NCBI GenBank assembly: GCA_964016885.1
Contig: OZ024754.1
Location: 24,924,001 to 24,988,000 of the forward strand
Source of the DNA: Eledone cirrhosa
Taxonomy: Eukaryota
Direction of reading: 5' to 3'
DNA length: 64,000 nt
Shown: in pieces, positions 13,999 to 26,398 of the stretch
How the letters are laid out: the number at the start of each line of letters is the position of its first letter
Numbering within the stretch: position 1 is the first letter of the stretch
Notes under the pieces: generated by a model
The model's input: the letters and a program-made list of their open reading frames with translations, nothing else
The model's database searches: none
Told to the model about the DNA's origin: nothing
Program-made: the position numbers and the translations under genes

Positions 13999-16512
13999 GG
14001 ATTGGCGTGTCAGTCTGTGTGTGTAGTCCCTATATGGATGTAGGTGTGTGTGTGTTGGAGTGGAGTGTATGTCTGTGTGTATAGTCCCTGTATGTGTGTA
14101 GGTGTGTGTGTGTGTCTGTGTGTGTTGGAGTGGAGTGTAAGTCTGTGTGTATAGTCGCTGTATGGGTGTAGGTGTGTGTGTGTTGGAGTGGAGTGTATGT
14201 CTGTGTGTGTTGGAGTGGAGTGTAAGTCTGTGTGTATAGTCGCTGTATGGGTGTAGGTGTGTGTGTGTTGGAGTGGAGTGTATGTCTGTGTGTATAGGCC
14301 GTGTATGGGTGTAGGTGTGTGTGTGTTGGAGTGGAGTGTATGTCTGTGTGTATAGTCCCTGTATGGGTGTAGGTGTGTGTGTGTGTGTCTGTGTGTGTTG
14401 GAGTTGAGTGTAAGTCTGTGTGTATAGTCCCTGTATGGGTGTAGGTGTGTGTGTGTGTGTGTCTGTGTCTGTTGGAGTGGAGTGTATGTCTGTGTGTATA
14501 ATCCCTGTATGGGTGTAGGTGTGTGTTTGTGTCTGTGTGTGTTGTAGTGGAGTGTTAGTATGTGTGTATAGTCCGTGTATGGGTGTAGGTTTCTGTGTGT
14601 GTGTGTGTTCGAGTGGAATGTATGTCTGTGTGTATAGGTCCCTGTATGGGTGTAGGTGTGTGTCTGTGTGTGTTGCAGTGGAGTGTAAGTCTGTGTGTAT
14701 AGTCCCTGTATCGGTGTAGGTGTGTGTGTGTCTGTGTGTGTTGGAGTGGAGAGTATGTCTGTGTGTATATTCCCTGCATGTGTGTAGGTGTGTGTGTGTG
14801 TCTGTCCGTGTGTTGGAGTGGTGTGTATGTCTGTGTGTATAGTCCCTGTATGGCTGTAGGTGTGTGTGTGATGGAGTGGAGTGTATGTCTGTGTGTATAG
14901 TCCCTGTATGGATGTAGGTGTGTGTGTGTCTGTGTGTGTTGGAGTGGAGTGTATGTCTGTGTGTATAGTCCCTGTATGTGTGTAGGTGTGTGTGTGTGTC
15001 TGTCCGTGTGTTGGAGTGGTGTGTATGTCTGTGTGTATCGTCCCTCTATGGGTGTAGGTGTGTGTGTGTGTGTGTGTTGGAGTGGAGTGTATGTTTGTGT
15101 GTATAGTCCTGTATGTGTGTAGCTGTGTGTGTGTGTCTGTGTGTGTGTTGGAGTGGAGTGTATGTCTGTGTGTATAGGCCGTGTATGGGTGTAGGTGTGT
15201 GTGTGTTGGAGTGGAGTGTATGTCTGTGTGTATAGTCCCTGTATGGGTGTAGGTGTGTGTGTGTGTGTCTGTGTGTGTTGGAGTTGAGTGTAAGTCTGTG
15301 TGTATAGTCCCTGTATGGGTGTAGGTGTGTGTGTGTGTGTGTCTGTGTCTGTTGGAGTGGAGTGTATGTCTGTGTGTATAATCCCTGTATGGGTGTAGGT
15401 GTGTGTTTGTGTCTGTGTGTGTTGTAGTGGAGTGTTAGTATGTGTGTATAGTCCGTGTATGGGTGTAGGTTTCTGTGTGTGTGTGTGTTCGAGTGGAATG
15501 TATGTCTGTGTGTATAGGTCCCTGTATGGGTGTAGGTGTGTGTCTGTGTGTGTTGCAGTGGAGTGTAAGTCTGTGTGTATAGTCCCTGTATCGGTGTAGG
15601 TGTGTGTGTGTCTGTGTGTGTTGGAGTGGAGAGTATGTCTGTGTGTATATTCCCTGCATGTGTGTAGGTGTGTGTGTGTGTCTGTCCGTGTGTTGGAGTG
15701 GTGTGTATGTCTGTGTGTATAGTCCCTGTATGGCTGTAGGTGTGTGTGTGTTGGAGTGGAGTGTATGTCTGTGTGTATAGTCCCTGTATGGATGTAGGTG
15801 TGTGTGTGTCTGTGTGTGTTGGAGTGGAGTGTATGTCTGTGTGTATAGTCCCTGTATGTGTGTAGGTGTGTGTGTGTGTCTGTCCGTGTGTTGGAGTGGT
15901 GTGTATGTCTGTGTGTATAGTCCCTGTATGGGTGTAGGTGTGTGTGTGTTGGAGTGGAGTGTATGTCTGTGTGTATAGTCCCTGTATGGGTGTAGGTGTG
16001 TGTGTTGGAGTGGAGTGTAAGTCTGTGTGTATAGTCCCTGTATATATGTAGGTGTGTGTGTGTTGGAGTGGAGTGTATGTCTGTGTGTATAGTGCCTGTA
16101 TGGGTGTAGGTGTGTGTGTGTGTGTCTGTGTGTGTTGGAGTGGAGTGTAAGTATGTGTGTATAGTCCCTGTATGGGTGTAGGTGCGTGTGTGTGTGTGTG
16201 TTGGAGTGGAGTGTATGTCTGTGTGTATAGTCCCTGTATGGGTGTAGGTGTGTGTGTGTGTCTGTGTGTTTGTTGGAGTTGAGTGTATGTCTGTGTGTAT
16301 AGTCCCTGTATGGATGTAGGTGTGTGTGTGTTGGAGTGGAGTGTATGTCTGTGTGTATAGTCCATGTATGGGTGTAGGTGTGTGTGTGTGTCTGTGTGTG
16401 TTGTAGTGGAGTGTAAGTATGTGTGTATAGTCCCTGTATGGGTGTAAGTGTGTGTGTGTGTGTGTGTGTTGGAGTGGAGTGTATGTCTGTGTGTATAGTC
16501 CCTGTATGTGTG

Positions 16513-16546
<34 letters not shown>

Positions 16547-18540
16547 GGAGTGGAGTGTATATCTGTGTGTATAGTCCCTGTATGGGTGTAGGTGTGTGTG
16601 TGTTGGAGTGGAGTGTATGTCTGTGTGTATAGTCCCTGTATGGGTGTAGGTGTGTGTGTGTCTGTCTGTGTGTGTTGGAGTTGAGTGTAAGTCTTTGTGT
16701 ATAGTCCCTGTATGGGTGTAGGTGTGTGTTTGTGTGTGTGTGTGTCTGTTGGAGTGGAGTGTATGTCTGTCTGTATAGTCCCTGTATGGGTGTAGGTGTG
16801 TGTGTGTGTCTGTGTGTCTGTTGGAGTAGAGTGTATGTCTGTGTGTATAGTCCCTGTATGGGTGTAGGTGTGTGTTTGTGTGTGTGTGTGTCTGTTGGAG
16901 TGGAGTGTAAGTCTGTGTGTATCGTCCCTCTATGGGTGTAGGTGTGTGTGTGTGTGTGTGTGTTGGAGTGGAGTGTATGTCTGTGTGTATAGTCCTGTAT
17001 GTGTGTAGGTGTGTGTGTGTGCCTGTGTGTGTGTTGGGGTGGAGTGTATGTCTGTGTGTATAGGCCGTGTATGGGTGTAGGTGTGTGTGTGTTGGAGTGG
17101 AGTGTATGTCTGTGTGTATAGTCCCTGTATGGGTGTAGGTGTGTGTGTGTGTGTCTGTGTGTGTTGGAGTTGAGTGTAAGTCTGTGTGTATAGTCCCTAT
17201 ATGGGTGTAGGTGTGTGTGTGTGTGTGTCTGTGTCTGTTGGAGTGGAGTGTATGTCTGTGTGTATAATCCCTGTATGGGTGTAGGTGTGTGTTTGTGTCT
17301 GTGTGTGTTGTAGTGGAGTGTAAGTATGTGTGTATAGTCCGTGTATGGGTGTAGGTTTCTGGGTGTGTGTGTGTTCGAGTGGAATGTATGTCTGTGTGTA
17401 TAGGTCCCTGTATGGGTGTAGGTGTGTGTCTGTGTGTGTTGCAGTGGAGTGTAAGTCTGTGTGTATAGTCCCTGTATCGGTGTAGGTGTGTGTGTGTCTG
17501 TGTGTGTTGGAGTGGAGAGTATGTCTGTGTGTATATTCCCTGCATGTGTGTAGATGTGTGTGTGTGTCTGTCCGTGTGTTGGAGTGGTGTGTATGTCTGT
17601 GTGTATAGTCCCTGTATGGGTGTAGGTGTGTGTGTGTTGGAGTGGAGTGTATGTCTGTGTGTATAGTCCCTGTATGGATGTAGGTGTGTGTGTGTCTGTG
17701 TGTGTTGGAGTGGAGTGTATGTCTGTGTGTATAGTCCCTGTATGTGTGTAGGTGTGTGTGTGTGTCTGTCCGTGTGTTGGAGTGGTGTGTATGTCTGTGT
17801 GTATAGTCCCTGTATGGGTGTAGGTGTGTGTGTGTTGGAGTGGAGTGTATGTCTGTGTGTATAGTCCCTGTATGGGTGTAGGTGTGTGTGTTGGAGTGGA
17901 GTGTAAGTCTGTGTGTATAGTCCCTGTATGTATGTAGGTGTGTGTGTGTTGGAGTGGAGTGTATGTCTGTGTGTATAGTGCCTGTATGGGTGTAGGTGTG
18001 TGTGTGTGTGTCTGTGTGTGTTGGAGTGGAGTGTAAGTATGTGTGTATAGTCCATGTATGGGTGTAGGTGTGTGTATGTGTGTGTGTGTTGGAGTGGAGT
18101 GTAAGTATGTGTGTATAGTCCCTGTATGGGTGTAGGTGCGTGTGTGTGTGTGTGTTGGAGTGGAGTGTATGTCTGTGTGTATAGTCCCTGTATGGGTGTA
18201 GGTGTGTGTGTGTGTCTGTGTGTGTGTTGGAGTTGAGTGTATGTCTGTGTGTATAGTCCCTGTATGGGTGTAGGTGTGTGTGTGTGTGTGTGTGTGTTGG
18301 AGTGGAGTGTCATTCTGTGTGTATAGTCCCTGTATGGATGTAGGTGTGTGTGTGTTGGAGTGGAGTGTATGTCTGTGCGTATAGTCCATGTATGGGTGTA
18401 GGTGCGTGTGTGTGTGTGTGTTGGAGTGGAGTGTATGTCTGTGTGTATAGTCCCTGTATGGGTGTAGGTGTGTGTGTGTGTCTGTGTGTGTGTTGGAGTT
18501 GAGTGTATGTCTGTGTGTATAGTCCCAGTATGGGTGTAAG

Positions 18541-18580
<40 letters not shown>

Positions 18581-18787
18581 GTCCCTGTATGGGTGTAGGT
18601 GTGTGTGTGTGTGTGTGTGTGTTGGAGTGGAGTGTCATTCTGTGTGTATAGTCCCTGTATGGATGTAGGTGTGTGTGTGTTGGAGTGGAGTGTAAGTATG
18701 TGTGTATAGTCCCTGTATGGGTGTAGGTGTGTGTGTGTGTGTGTTGGAGTGGAGTGTATGTCTGTATGTATAGTCCCTGTATGTGTG

Positions 18788-18833
<46 letters not shown>

Positions 18834-19665
18834 GGAGTGGAGTGTATATCTGTGTGTATAGTCCCTGTATGGGTGTAGGTGTGTGTGTGTTGGAGTGGAG
18901 TGTATGTCTGTGTGTATAGTCCCTGTATGGGTGTAGGTGTGTGTGTGTCTGTCTGTGTGTGTTGGAGTTGAGTGTAAGTCTGTGTGTATAGTCCCTGTAT
19001 GGGTGTAGGTGTGTGTTTGTGTGTGTGTGTGTCTGTTGGAGTGGAGTGTATGTCTGTCTGTATAGTCCCTGTATGGGTGTAGGTGTGTGTGTGTGTCTGT
19101 GTGTCTGTTGGAGTGGAGTGTATGTCTGTCTGTATAGTCCCTGTATGGGTGTAGGTGTGTGTGCGTGTCTGTGTGTCTGTTGGAGTGCAGTGTATGTCTG
19201 TGTGTATAGTCCCTGTATGTGTGTGTGCGTGCGTGTCTGTGTGTGTTGGAGTGGAGTGTATGTCTGTCTGTATAGTCCCTGTATGGGTGTAGGTTTGTGT
19301 CTGTGCTGGAGTGGAATATATGTATGTGTGTATAGTCCCTTTCTGGGTGTAGGTGTGTGTGTGTTGGAGTGGAGTGTATGTTTGTGTGTATAGTCCCTGT
19401 ATGTGTGTAGGTGTGTGTGTGTGTCTGTGTGTGTTGGAGTGGAGTGTAAGTCTGTGTGTATAGTCGCTGTATGGGTGTAGGTGTGTGTGTGTTGGAGTGG
19501 AGTGTATGTCTGTGTGTATAGTCCCTGTATGGGTGTAGGTGTCTGTGTGTGTTGGAGTGGAGTGTATGTCTGTGTGTATAGTCCATGTATGTGTGTAGGT
19601 GTGTGTGTGTGTCTGTGTGTGTTGGAGTGGAGTGTAAGTCTGTGTGTATCGTCCCTCTATGGGTG

Positions 19666-19709
<44 letters not shown>

Positions 19710-21650
19710 GGAGTGGAGTGTATGTCTGTGTGTATAGTCCTGTATGTGTGTAGGTGTGTGTGTCTGTGTGTGTGTTGGAGTGGAGTGTATGTCTGTGTGT
19801 ATAGGCCGTGTATGGGTGTAGGTGTGTGTGTGTTGGAGTGGAGTGTATGTCTGTGTGTATAGTCCCTGTATGGGTGTAGGTGTCTGTGTGTGTCTGTGTG
19901 TGTGTTGGAGTCGAGTGTATGTATGTGTGTATAGTCCCTTTATGGGTGTAGGTGTGTGTGTGTTGGAGTGGAGTGTATGTCTGTGTGTATAGTCCCTGTA
20001 TGTGTGTAGGTGTGTGTGTGTGTCTGTGTGTGTCTGTGTGTGTTGGAGTGGAGTGTAAGTCTGTGTGTATAGTCGCTGTATGGGTGTAGGTGTGTGTGTG
20101 TGTGTTGGAGTGGAGTGTAAGTCTGTGTGTATAGTCCCTGTGTGGGTGTAGGTGTGTGTTTGTGTGTGTGTGTGTCTCTGTTGGAGTGGAGTGTATGTCT
20201 GTCTGTATAGTCCCTGTATGGGTGTAGGTGTGTGTGTGTGTCTGTGTGTCTGTTGGAGTGGAGTGTAAGTCTGTGTGTATAGTCCCTGTATGGGTGTTGG
20301 TGTGTGTGTGTCTGTGTGTCTGTTGGAGTGGAGTATATGTCTGTGTGTATAGTCCCTGTATGTGTGTGTGTGTGCGTGTCTGTGTGTGTTGGAGTGGAGT
20401 GTATGTCTGTCTGTATAGTCCCTGTATGTGTGTAGGTGTGTGTGTGTGTCTGTGTGTGTTGGAGTGGAGTGTAAGTCTGTGTGTATAGTCCCTGTATGGG
20501 TGTAGGTGTCTGTGTGTCTGTGTGTGTGTTGGAGTGGAGTGTATGTCTGTGTGTATAGTCCCTGTATGTGTGTAGGTGTGTGTTTGTGTCTGTGTGTGTG
20601 TTGGAGTGGAGTGTAAGTATGTGTGTATAGTCCGTGTATGGGTGTAGGTTTCTGTGTGTGTGTGTGTTCGAGTGGAGTGTATGTCTGTGTGTATAGGTCC
20701 CTGTATGGGTGTAGGTGTGTGTCTGTGTGTGTTGGAGTGGAGTGTAAGTCTGTGTGTATAGTCCCTGTATGGGTGTAGGTGTGTGCGTGTTGGAGTGGAG
20801 TGTATGTCTGTGTGTGTTGGAGTGGAGTGTATGTCTGTGTGTATAGTGCCTGTATGGGTGTAGGTGTGTGCGTGTGTGTCTGTGTGTGTTGGAGTGGAGT
20901 GTAAGTCTGTGTGTATAGTCCCTGTATGGATGTAGGTGTGTGTGTTGGAGTGGAGTGTATGTCTGTGTTTATAGTCCCTGTATGGGTGTAGGTGTGTGTG
21001 TGTGTGTGTGTGTTGGAGTGGAGTGTATGTCTGTGTTTATAGTCCATGTATGGGTGTAGGTGTGTGTGTGTGTGTGTGTTGGAGTGGAGTGTATGTCTGT
21101 GTGTATAGTCCCTGTATGGATGTAGGTGTGTGTGTGTGTCTGTGTGTGTGTTGGAGTGGAGTGTATGTCTGTGTGTATAGTCGCTGTATGTGTGTGTGTG
21201 TGCGTGTCTGTGTGTGTTGGAGTGGAGTGTATGTCTGTCTGTATAGTCCCTGTATGGGTGTAGGTGTGTGTGTGTGTTGGAGTGGAGTGTATGTCTGTCT
21301 GTATAGTCCCTGTATGGGTGTAGGTGTGTGTGTGTGTGTCTGTGTGTGTGTTGGAGTGGAGTGTATGTCTGTGTATATAGTCCATGTATGGGTGTAGGTA
21401 TGTGTGTGTGTGTCTGTGTGTGTGTTGGAGTGGAGTGTATGTCTGTGTGTATAGTCCCTGTATGGGTGTAGGTGTGTGCGTGTTGGAGTGGAGTGTATGT
21501 CTGTGTGTATAGTCCCTGTATGGGTGTAGGTGTGTGTGTGTGTCTGTGTGTGTTGGAGTGGAGTGTAAGTCTGTGTGTATAGTCCCTGTATGTGTGTAGG
21601 TGTGTGTTGGAGTGGAGTGTATGTCTGTGTGTATAGTCCCTGTATGGGTG

Positions 21651-21686
<36 letters not shown>

Positions 21687-23188
21687 GGAGTGGAGTGTAT
21701 GTCTGTGTGTATAGTCCCTGTATGGGTGTAGGTGTGTGTGTGTGTGTCTGTGTGTGTGTTGGAGTGGAGTGTATGTCTGTGTGTATAGTCGCTTTATGGG
21801 TGTAGGTGTGTGTGTGTTGGAGTGGAGTGTATGTCTGTGTGTATAATCCCTGTATGTGTGTAGGTGTGTGTGTGTGTCTGTGTGTGTTGGAGTGGAGTGT
21901 AAGTCTGTGTGTATAGTCGCTGTATGTGTGTAGGTGTGTGTGTGTGTCTGTGTGTGTTGGAGTGGAGGGTAAGACTGTGTGTATCGTCCCTCTATGGGTG
22001 TAGGTGTGTGTGTGTGTGTTGGAGTGGAGTGTAAGTCTGTGTGTATAGTCCCTGTATGTGTGTAGGTGTGTGTGTGTGTCTGTGTGTGTTGGAGTGGAGT
22101 GTAAGTCTGTGTGTATCGTCCCTCTATGGGTGTAGGTGTGTCTGTGTGTGTGTGTTGGAGTGGAGTGTATGTCTGTGTGTATAGTCCCTGTATGGGTGTA
22201 GGTGTGTGCGTGTTGGAGTGCAGTGTATGTCTGTGTGTATAGTCCCTGTATGTGTGTGTGTGTGTGTGTGTCTGTATGTGTGTTGGAGTGGAGTGTATGT
22301 CTGTGTGTATAGTCCCTGTATGGGTGTAGGTGTGTGTGTCTGTGTGTGATGTAGTTGAGTGTATGTCTGTGTGTATGGGCGCTGTATGGGTGTAGGTGTG
22401 TGTGTGTGTGTGCGTGTGTGTGTGTTGGAGTGGAGTGTATGTCTGTGTGTATAGTCCCTGTTTGCGTGTAGGTGTGTGTGTCTGTGTGTGATGTAGTTGA
22501 GTGTATGTCTGTGTGTATAGGCGCTGTATGGGTGTAGGTGTGTGTGTGTCTGTGTGTGTGTTGGAGTGGAGTGTATGTATGTGTGTATAGTCTCTGTATG
22601 TGTGTAGGTGTGTGTGTGTGTCTGTTTGTGTTGGAGTGGAGTGTAAGTCTGTGTGTATAGTCACTGTATGGGTGTAGGTGTGTGTGTGTTGGAGTGGAGT
22701 GTATGTCTGTGTGTATAGTCCCTGTATGTGTGTAGGTGTGTGTGTGTGTCTGTTTGTGTTGGAGTGGAGTGTAAGTCTGTGTGTATAGTCGCTGTATGGG
22801 TGTAGGTGTGTGTGTGTTGGAGTGGAGTGTATGTCTGTGTGTATAGTCCCTGTATGGGTGTAGGTGTGTGTGTGTTGGAGTGGAGTGTATGTCTGTGTGT
22901 ATAGTCCCTGTATGTGTGTAGGTGTGTGTGTGTGTGTCTGTTTGTGTTGGAGTGGAGTATAAGTCTGTGTGTATAGTCGCTGTATGGGTGTAGGTGTGTG
23001 TGTGTTGGAGTGGAGTGTATGTCTGTGTGTATAGTCCCTGTATGGGTGTAGGTGTGTGTGTGTTGGAGTGGAGTGTATGTCTGTGCGTATAGTCACTGTA
23101 TGTGTGTAGGTGTGTGTGTGTGTCTGTTTGTGTTGGAGTGGAGTGTAAGTCTGTGTGTATAGTCGCTGTATGGGTGTAGGTGTGTGTG
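11810..23188. repeat. Composite satellite: ~49-bp core TTGGAGTGGAGTGTATGTCTGTGTGTATAGTCCCTGTATGGGTGTAGG plus variable (GT)n, period ~55-85 bp
   Basis: Core repeated throughout; unit length varies through the embedded GT microsatellite. Confidence 0.98.
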
Positions 23189-23821
23189 GGGGGGGGTCAG
23201 ATGGGGTGAGATGAGATCATGTCAAATCTGGAGGAGTGCACGTGTGTGTGTTTGTGTGGTTAAGAGAGGATGATGTGTGATGTGTCTGTAGGTGATGTGG
23301 GTTCGTGTGAAATGTCTAGTTGCGTGTTACGGAAATGGTGCAAGTGTCTGCGTGTGTCTAAGTTTTTGACTGGTTGTCGGTGTGTGTGGTAGAGTTTCGG
23401 AGGTGAAATCGTGGCGATATCCCAGTGATGTAAGTCCTTGTGGTAGGGTTGAAAAAATTGGCGAGCAGGAAGTGGAATGTAATTGGGCCGCGCAACAGGA
23501 AGTGGTTAAGATGGTCAAGTCAAAGGGGTGGGGATAGAGGGTGGTGAGGGTGGAGATGGCAGGACAATGTGTAAGATAGGGGGGAGGAGGTGGAGCCGGC
23601 AGAACAGACTGGTGAATGAGAGGCATTGGTGTGGGAGGGTAGTAGCTGTGTAGACAGCAGGTGTGTGTGGGTGAGAGTGGCATATGTGTGTGGTAGAAGG
23701 TGTGGTGGACAAGTGAGGAGGTAATTTCGGTGTGAGTGGGGGTATATATTGGTGTGTGAGTGTTTAGGGTGTAAGTGCGTGAGTGTTTTTGTGTGAGTTA
23801 GTCGAAGGCTAAAGGAAGAGG

Positions 23822-24165
23822 GTGGGGAATTCAAACCGGGGGTGGGGGTGCAAGTTTGTAATAGGAAGAAGGTGCGTGGTTCAGCCCTACATCGGGCATC
23901 GGGGGTTCCAGGGCGCGCAATCAGGCCGAAGACGGTCAAGTTCCGAGCGAAGTGTCCGGCGGAACAGAAGTGTCGGGCGATGGGGCAACACGCGCCGAGA
24001 CGAATGTTGTGGAGGTTGCGTGCGCGTTTGAAGGAAGGGAAGGATGGGAGTGGCAAGATGGGGGAAGTGGAGGGATCGGACTGGAGGCGTCGGAAGAGGT
24101 GAAGGATGGTACGTTGTAGGGTGAAGGATGGCAGGGTGGTAAATGAGGGTGGGTGGGGGGCGACG
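23822..24165 (-). mobile_element. Penelope-like retroelement remnant (post-RT linker fused to the C-terminal part of the GIY-YIG endonuclease)
   Basis: Translation LIYHP.../QRTILHLFRRLQSDPSTSPILPLPSFPSFKRARNL then HNIRLGACCPIARHFCSAGH..NLTVFGL...RCRAE..FFLLQT.TP.PGLN matches PLE linker and GIY-YIG tail patterns (YHP, F-K-R..NL, PVARHF..GH, R...E, GLN); frameshifted. Confidence 0.85.
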
Positions 24166-24195
24166 GCATATATACAAATATTTACACACACATAC

Positions 24196-24249
<54 letters not shown>

Positions 24250-24253
<4 letters not shown>

Positions 24254-24417
24254 CAAAGGAATTGTGGTAAGGAACCAAATGGACCATAACGCACCAGAGT
24301 ACTCAATACTTAGGGTAGTAGAGTGGGAAATAGGAAAAAGTATGACCCCCGACGTTAGAGCTCAAGCCGTTTCGACGGCTATTTCTGGACTAGAGTCCAG
24401 GTCATACTTTTTCCTAT
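24250..24417 (-). mobile_element. (TA)n-flanked foldback mini-element with half hammerhead and conserved 3' hairpin
   Basis: 18-bp inverted arms (24330-24347/24400-24417); GAAACG...CGUC on minus; CUC-UACU..AGUA-UU-GAGUACUC at ~24297-24323. Confidence 0.65.
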
Positions 24418-25037
24418 ATATATATATACTTATTTACATATAATACATAATACATATAATATACATACGCACACTCATAAACATATTTATAATAAAGATA
24501 GAGGGGGTGGTGTAGATATATATATGTGTTTGTATATATACGTACTTATACATATCCTGTATATGTGTATACACACGTGTGCTTGTGTGTAAATGGTTTA
24601 TCCAAACACTTCATATTTTTCCTCAATGATACTATCAACAAAATATTTCCTTTAAGCTTCCGAAAGAGATATGGGGGGGGGGGAGGCTGAGGAGGATAAT
24701 GGCGGAGGCTGAGGTTTGAAACAGGGGTGGGGGTCGATGAAAGAGAAGAACGATGCAAAGGATTAGGGGAGAAAGATATTTAGTGAAGGGGGAGGAGAGG
24801 GGAGGGAGAGAGTGGTTGGAGGAGGAGGAGGAGGAGGAGGAGGAACTTTAATATGATATTACAAGTCATAAATACCTTAAGTACCGTAATTATAATCAAT
24901 AGACATTGCAGATGACTGGATAGAAGGGGAAAGAGAAAGAGAGAGTGGGGGAGAGGGGGAAGGAACAGTCAGAATGAAAGGGAGAGGATGAGTTAGATAG
25001 ATAGAGAGAGAGAAGATAAGTAAGGGGAGGTGTGTCG

Positions 25038-25069
<32 letters not shown>

Positions 25070-25324
25070 TTGTAGCGAAGGAGCGGGAGGGAGAGTCAGA
25101 TAGATAGGCAGAGAGAAAACGTAAGGGGAGGTGTGTCAAAGAGAGAGAGAGGGAGACTGTGAGAGAGGGAGGAGGAGTCAGATAGATAAGCAGAGAGAAA
25201 ACGTAAGGGGAGGTGTGACAAAGAGAGAGAGAGGGAGTCAGATAGATAAAACGAAAAAAAAAATGCTGTGTCAGAGATATATACATATAAACATACACAA
25301 ACGAAATTTTCTTTATCTTCTCGA

Positions 25325-25400
<76 letters not shown>

Positions 25401-25404
25401 ATAA

Positions 25405-25522
25405 ATTGTAGTTTGATGCATTACTGATTCCTCGTTAACTATAATACTCTGCTCTGCGTGAGCATCGAGTGCTCATACGGCCTAACGCCTACGGACGCAT
25501 TTATTGCAACCCAACAACTAAT
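25405..25522 (+). mobile_element. 3' tail of a (TA)n-targeted mini-element, tail-to-tail with the next one
   Basis: ACUC-UGCUC..GAGCA-UC-GAGUGCUC at 25446-25474, tail running into (TA)n. Confidence 0.6.
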
Positions 25523-25534
25523 ATATATATATAT

Positions 25535-25872
25535 AACTGGTGTTGGATGCTAAAATCCTCCATAAGCGGTAGGCCGTATGAGCACTCAATGCCCTCGTAG
25601 AGCAGAGTATGATATCACAGAAAAAAGAGAATCAGTGTTGCGACGAAAGGAATATATTGGACATATTACAATTGTTTCTCGGGCGACCAGCTCGAGGCAC
25701 GATCGATATGATGATCAAACCTAACTCTGAAATCGAGACGTATCTGACGACCGCGCGATTTCAGAGTCAGGTTTGATCATCATATCCATCGTGCCTCGAG
25801 TTGGTCGCCCGAGAAACAATTGTAATATGTCCAATAAATTCCTTTCGTCGCAACACTGATTCTCTTTTTTCT

Positions 25873-25879
<7 letters not shown>
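25535..25879 (-). mobile_element. (TA)n-flanked foldback mini-element
   Basis: ~120-bp inverted arms spanning 25612-25879, GAAACAAUUGUA hammerhead half in each arm, conserved hairpin at ~25580-25608. Confidence 0.7.
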
Positions 25880-25911
<32 letters not shown>

Positions 25912-25970
25912 CAAATTTGGACGGGAACAAAACAGAGGCAGACAAATAAAGGTTTATTAGGTTCACGCTC

Positions 25971-26046
<76 letters not shown>

Positions 26047-26056
26047 AATATGGAAG

Positions 26057-26107
26057 AGCTTCTACAGGACTAGAACTGTTTCATTCGTGAGAAATCATCA
26101 GGAAGCT
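26057..26107 (-). ncRNA. Minimal type I hammerhead ribozyme
   Basis: Minus strand reads AGCUUC-CUGAUGA-UUUCucacGAAU-GAAA-CAGuucuagucCUG-UA-GAAGCU: 6-bp stem I, full core, stems II/III, GUA site. Confidence 0.85.
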
Positions 26108-26398
26108 GGCTGTCCAAGTAAATGGTAGTATTTATGTCTTCTCTTTATCTGGTGGTAGGGGAGTGGGATGGGTGTAGGTCATTGGTTGAAGGATTTAAAG
26201 AAAAGGGATTCATTAAAAGCTAATTCTTTAAAGCCATGGTATTAACAAAGGCAGAAAGAATACTGTAAACAAGTTCAAAATTGGAATACCAATCCTTGTT
26301 TATCACTTGTTTATCACGCATGTGTATATGTATGTGTATATATATATATGTATGTATATGTGTGTGTATGTGTGTGTATGTGTGTGTATATATATGTA

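Noticed and set aside
11131-23096. His/Thr-rich ORFs up to 2553 aa
   Set aside because: Translation of a CA-rich satellite that shifts frame freely
1-23188. CRISPR array or telomeric repeat
   Set aside because: No unique spacers, no cas genes, eukaryotic context, no TTAGGG array
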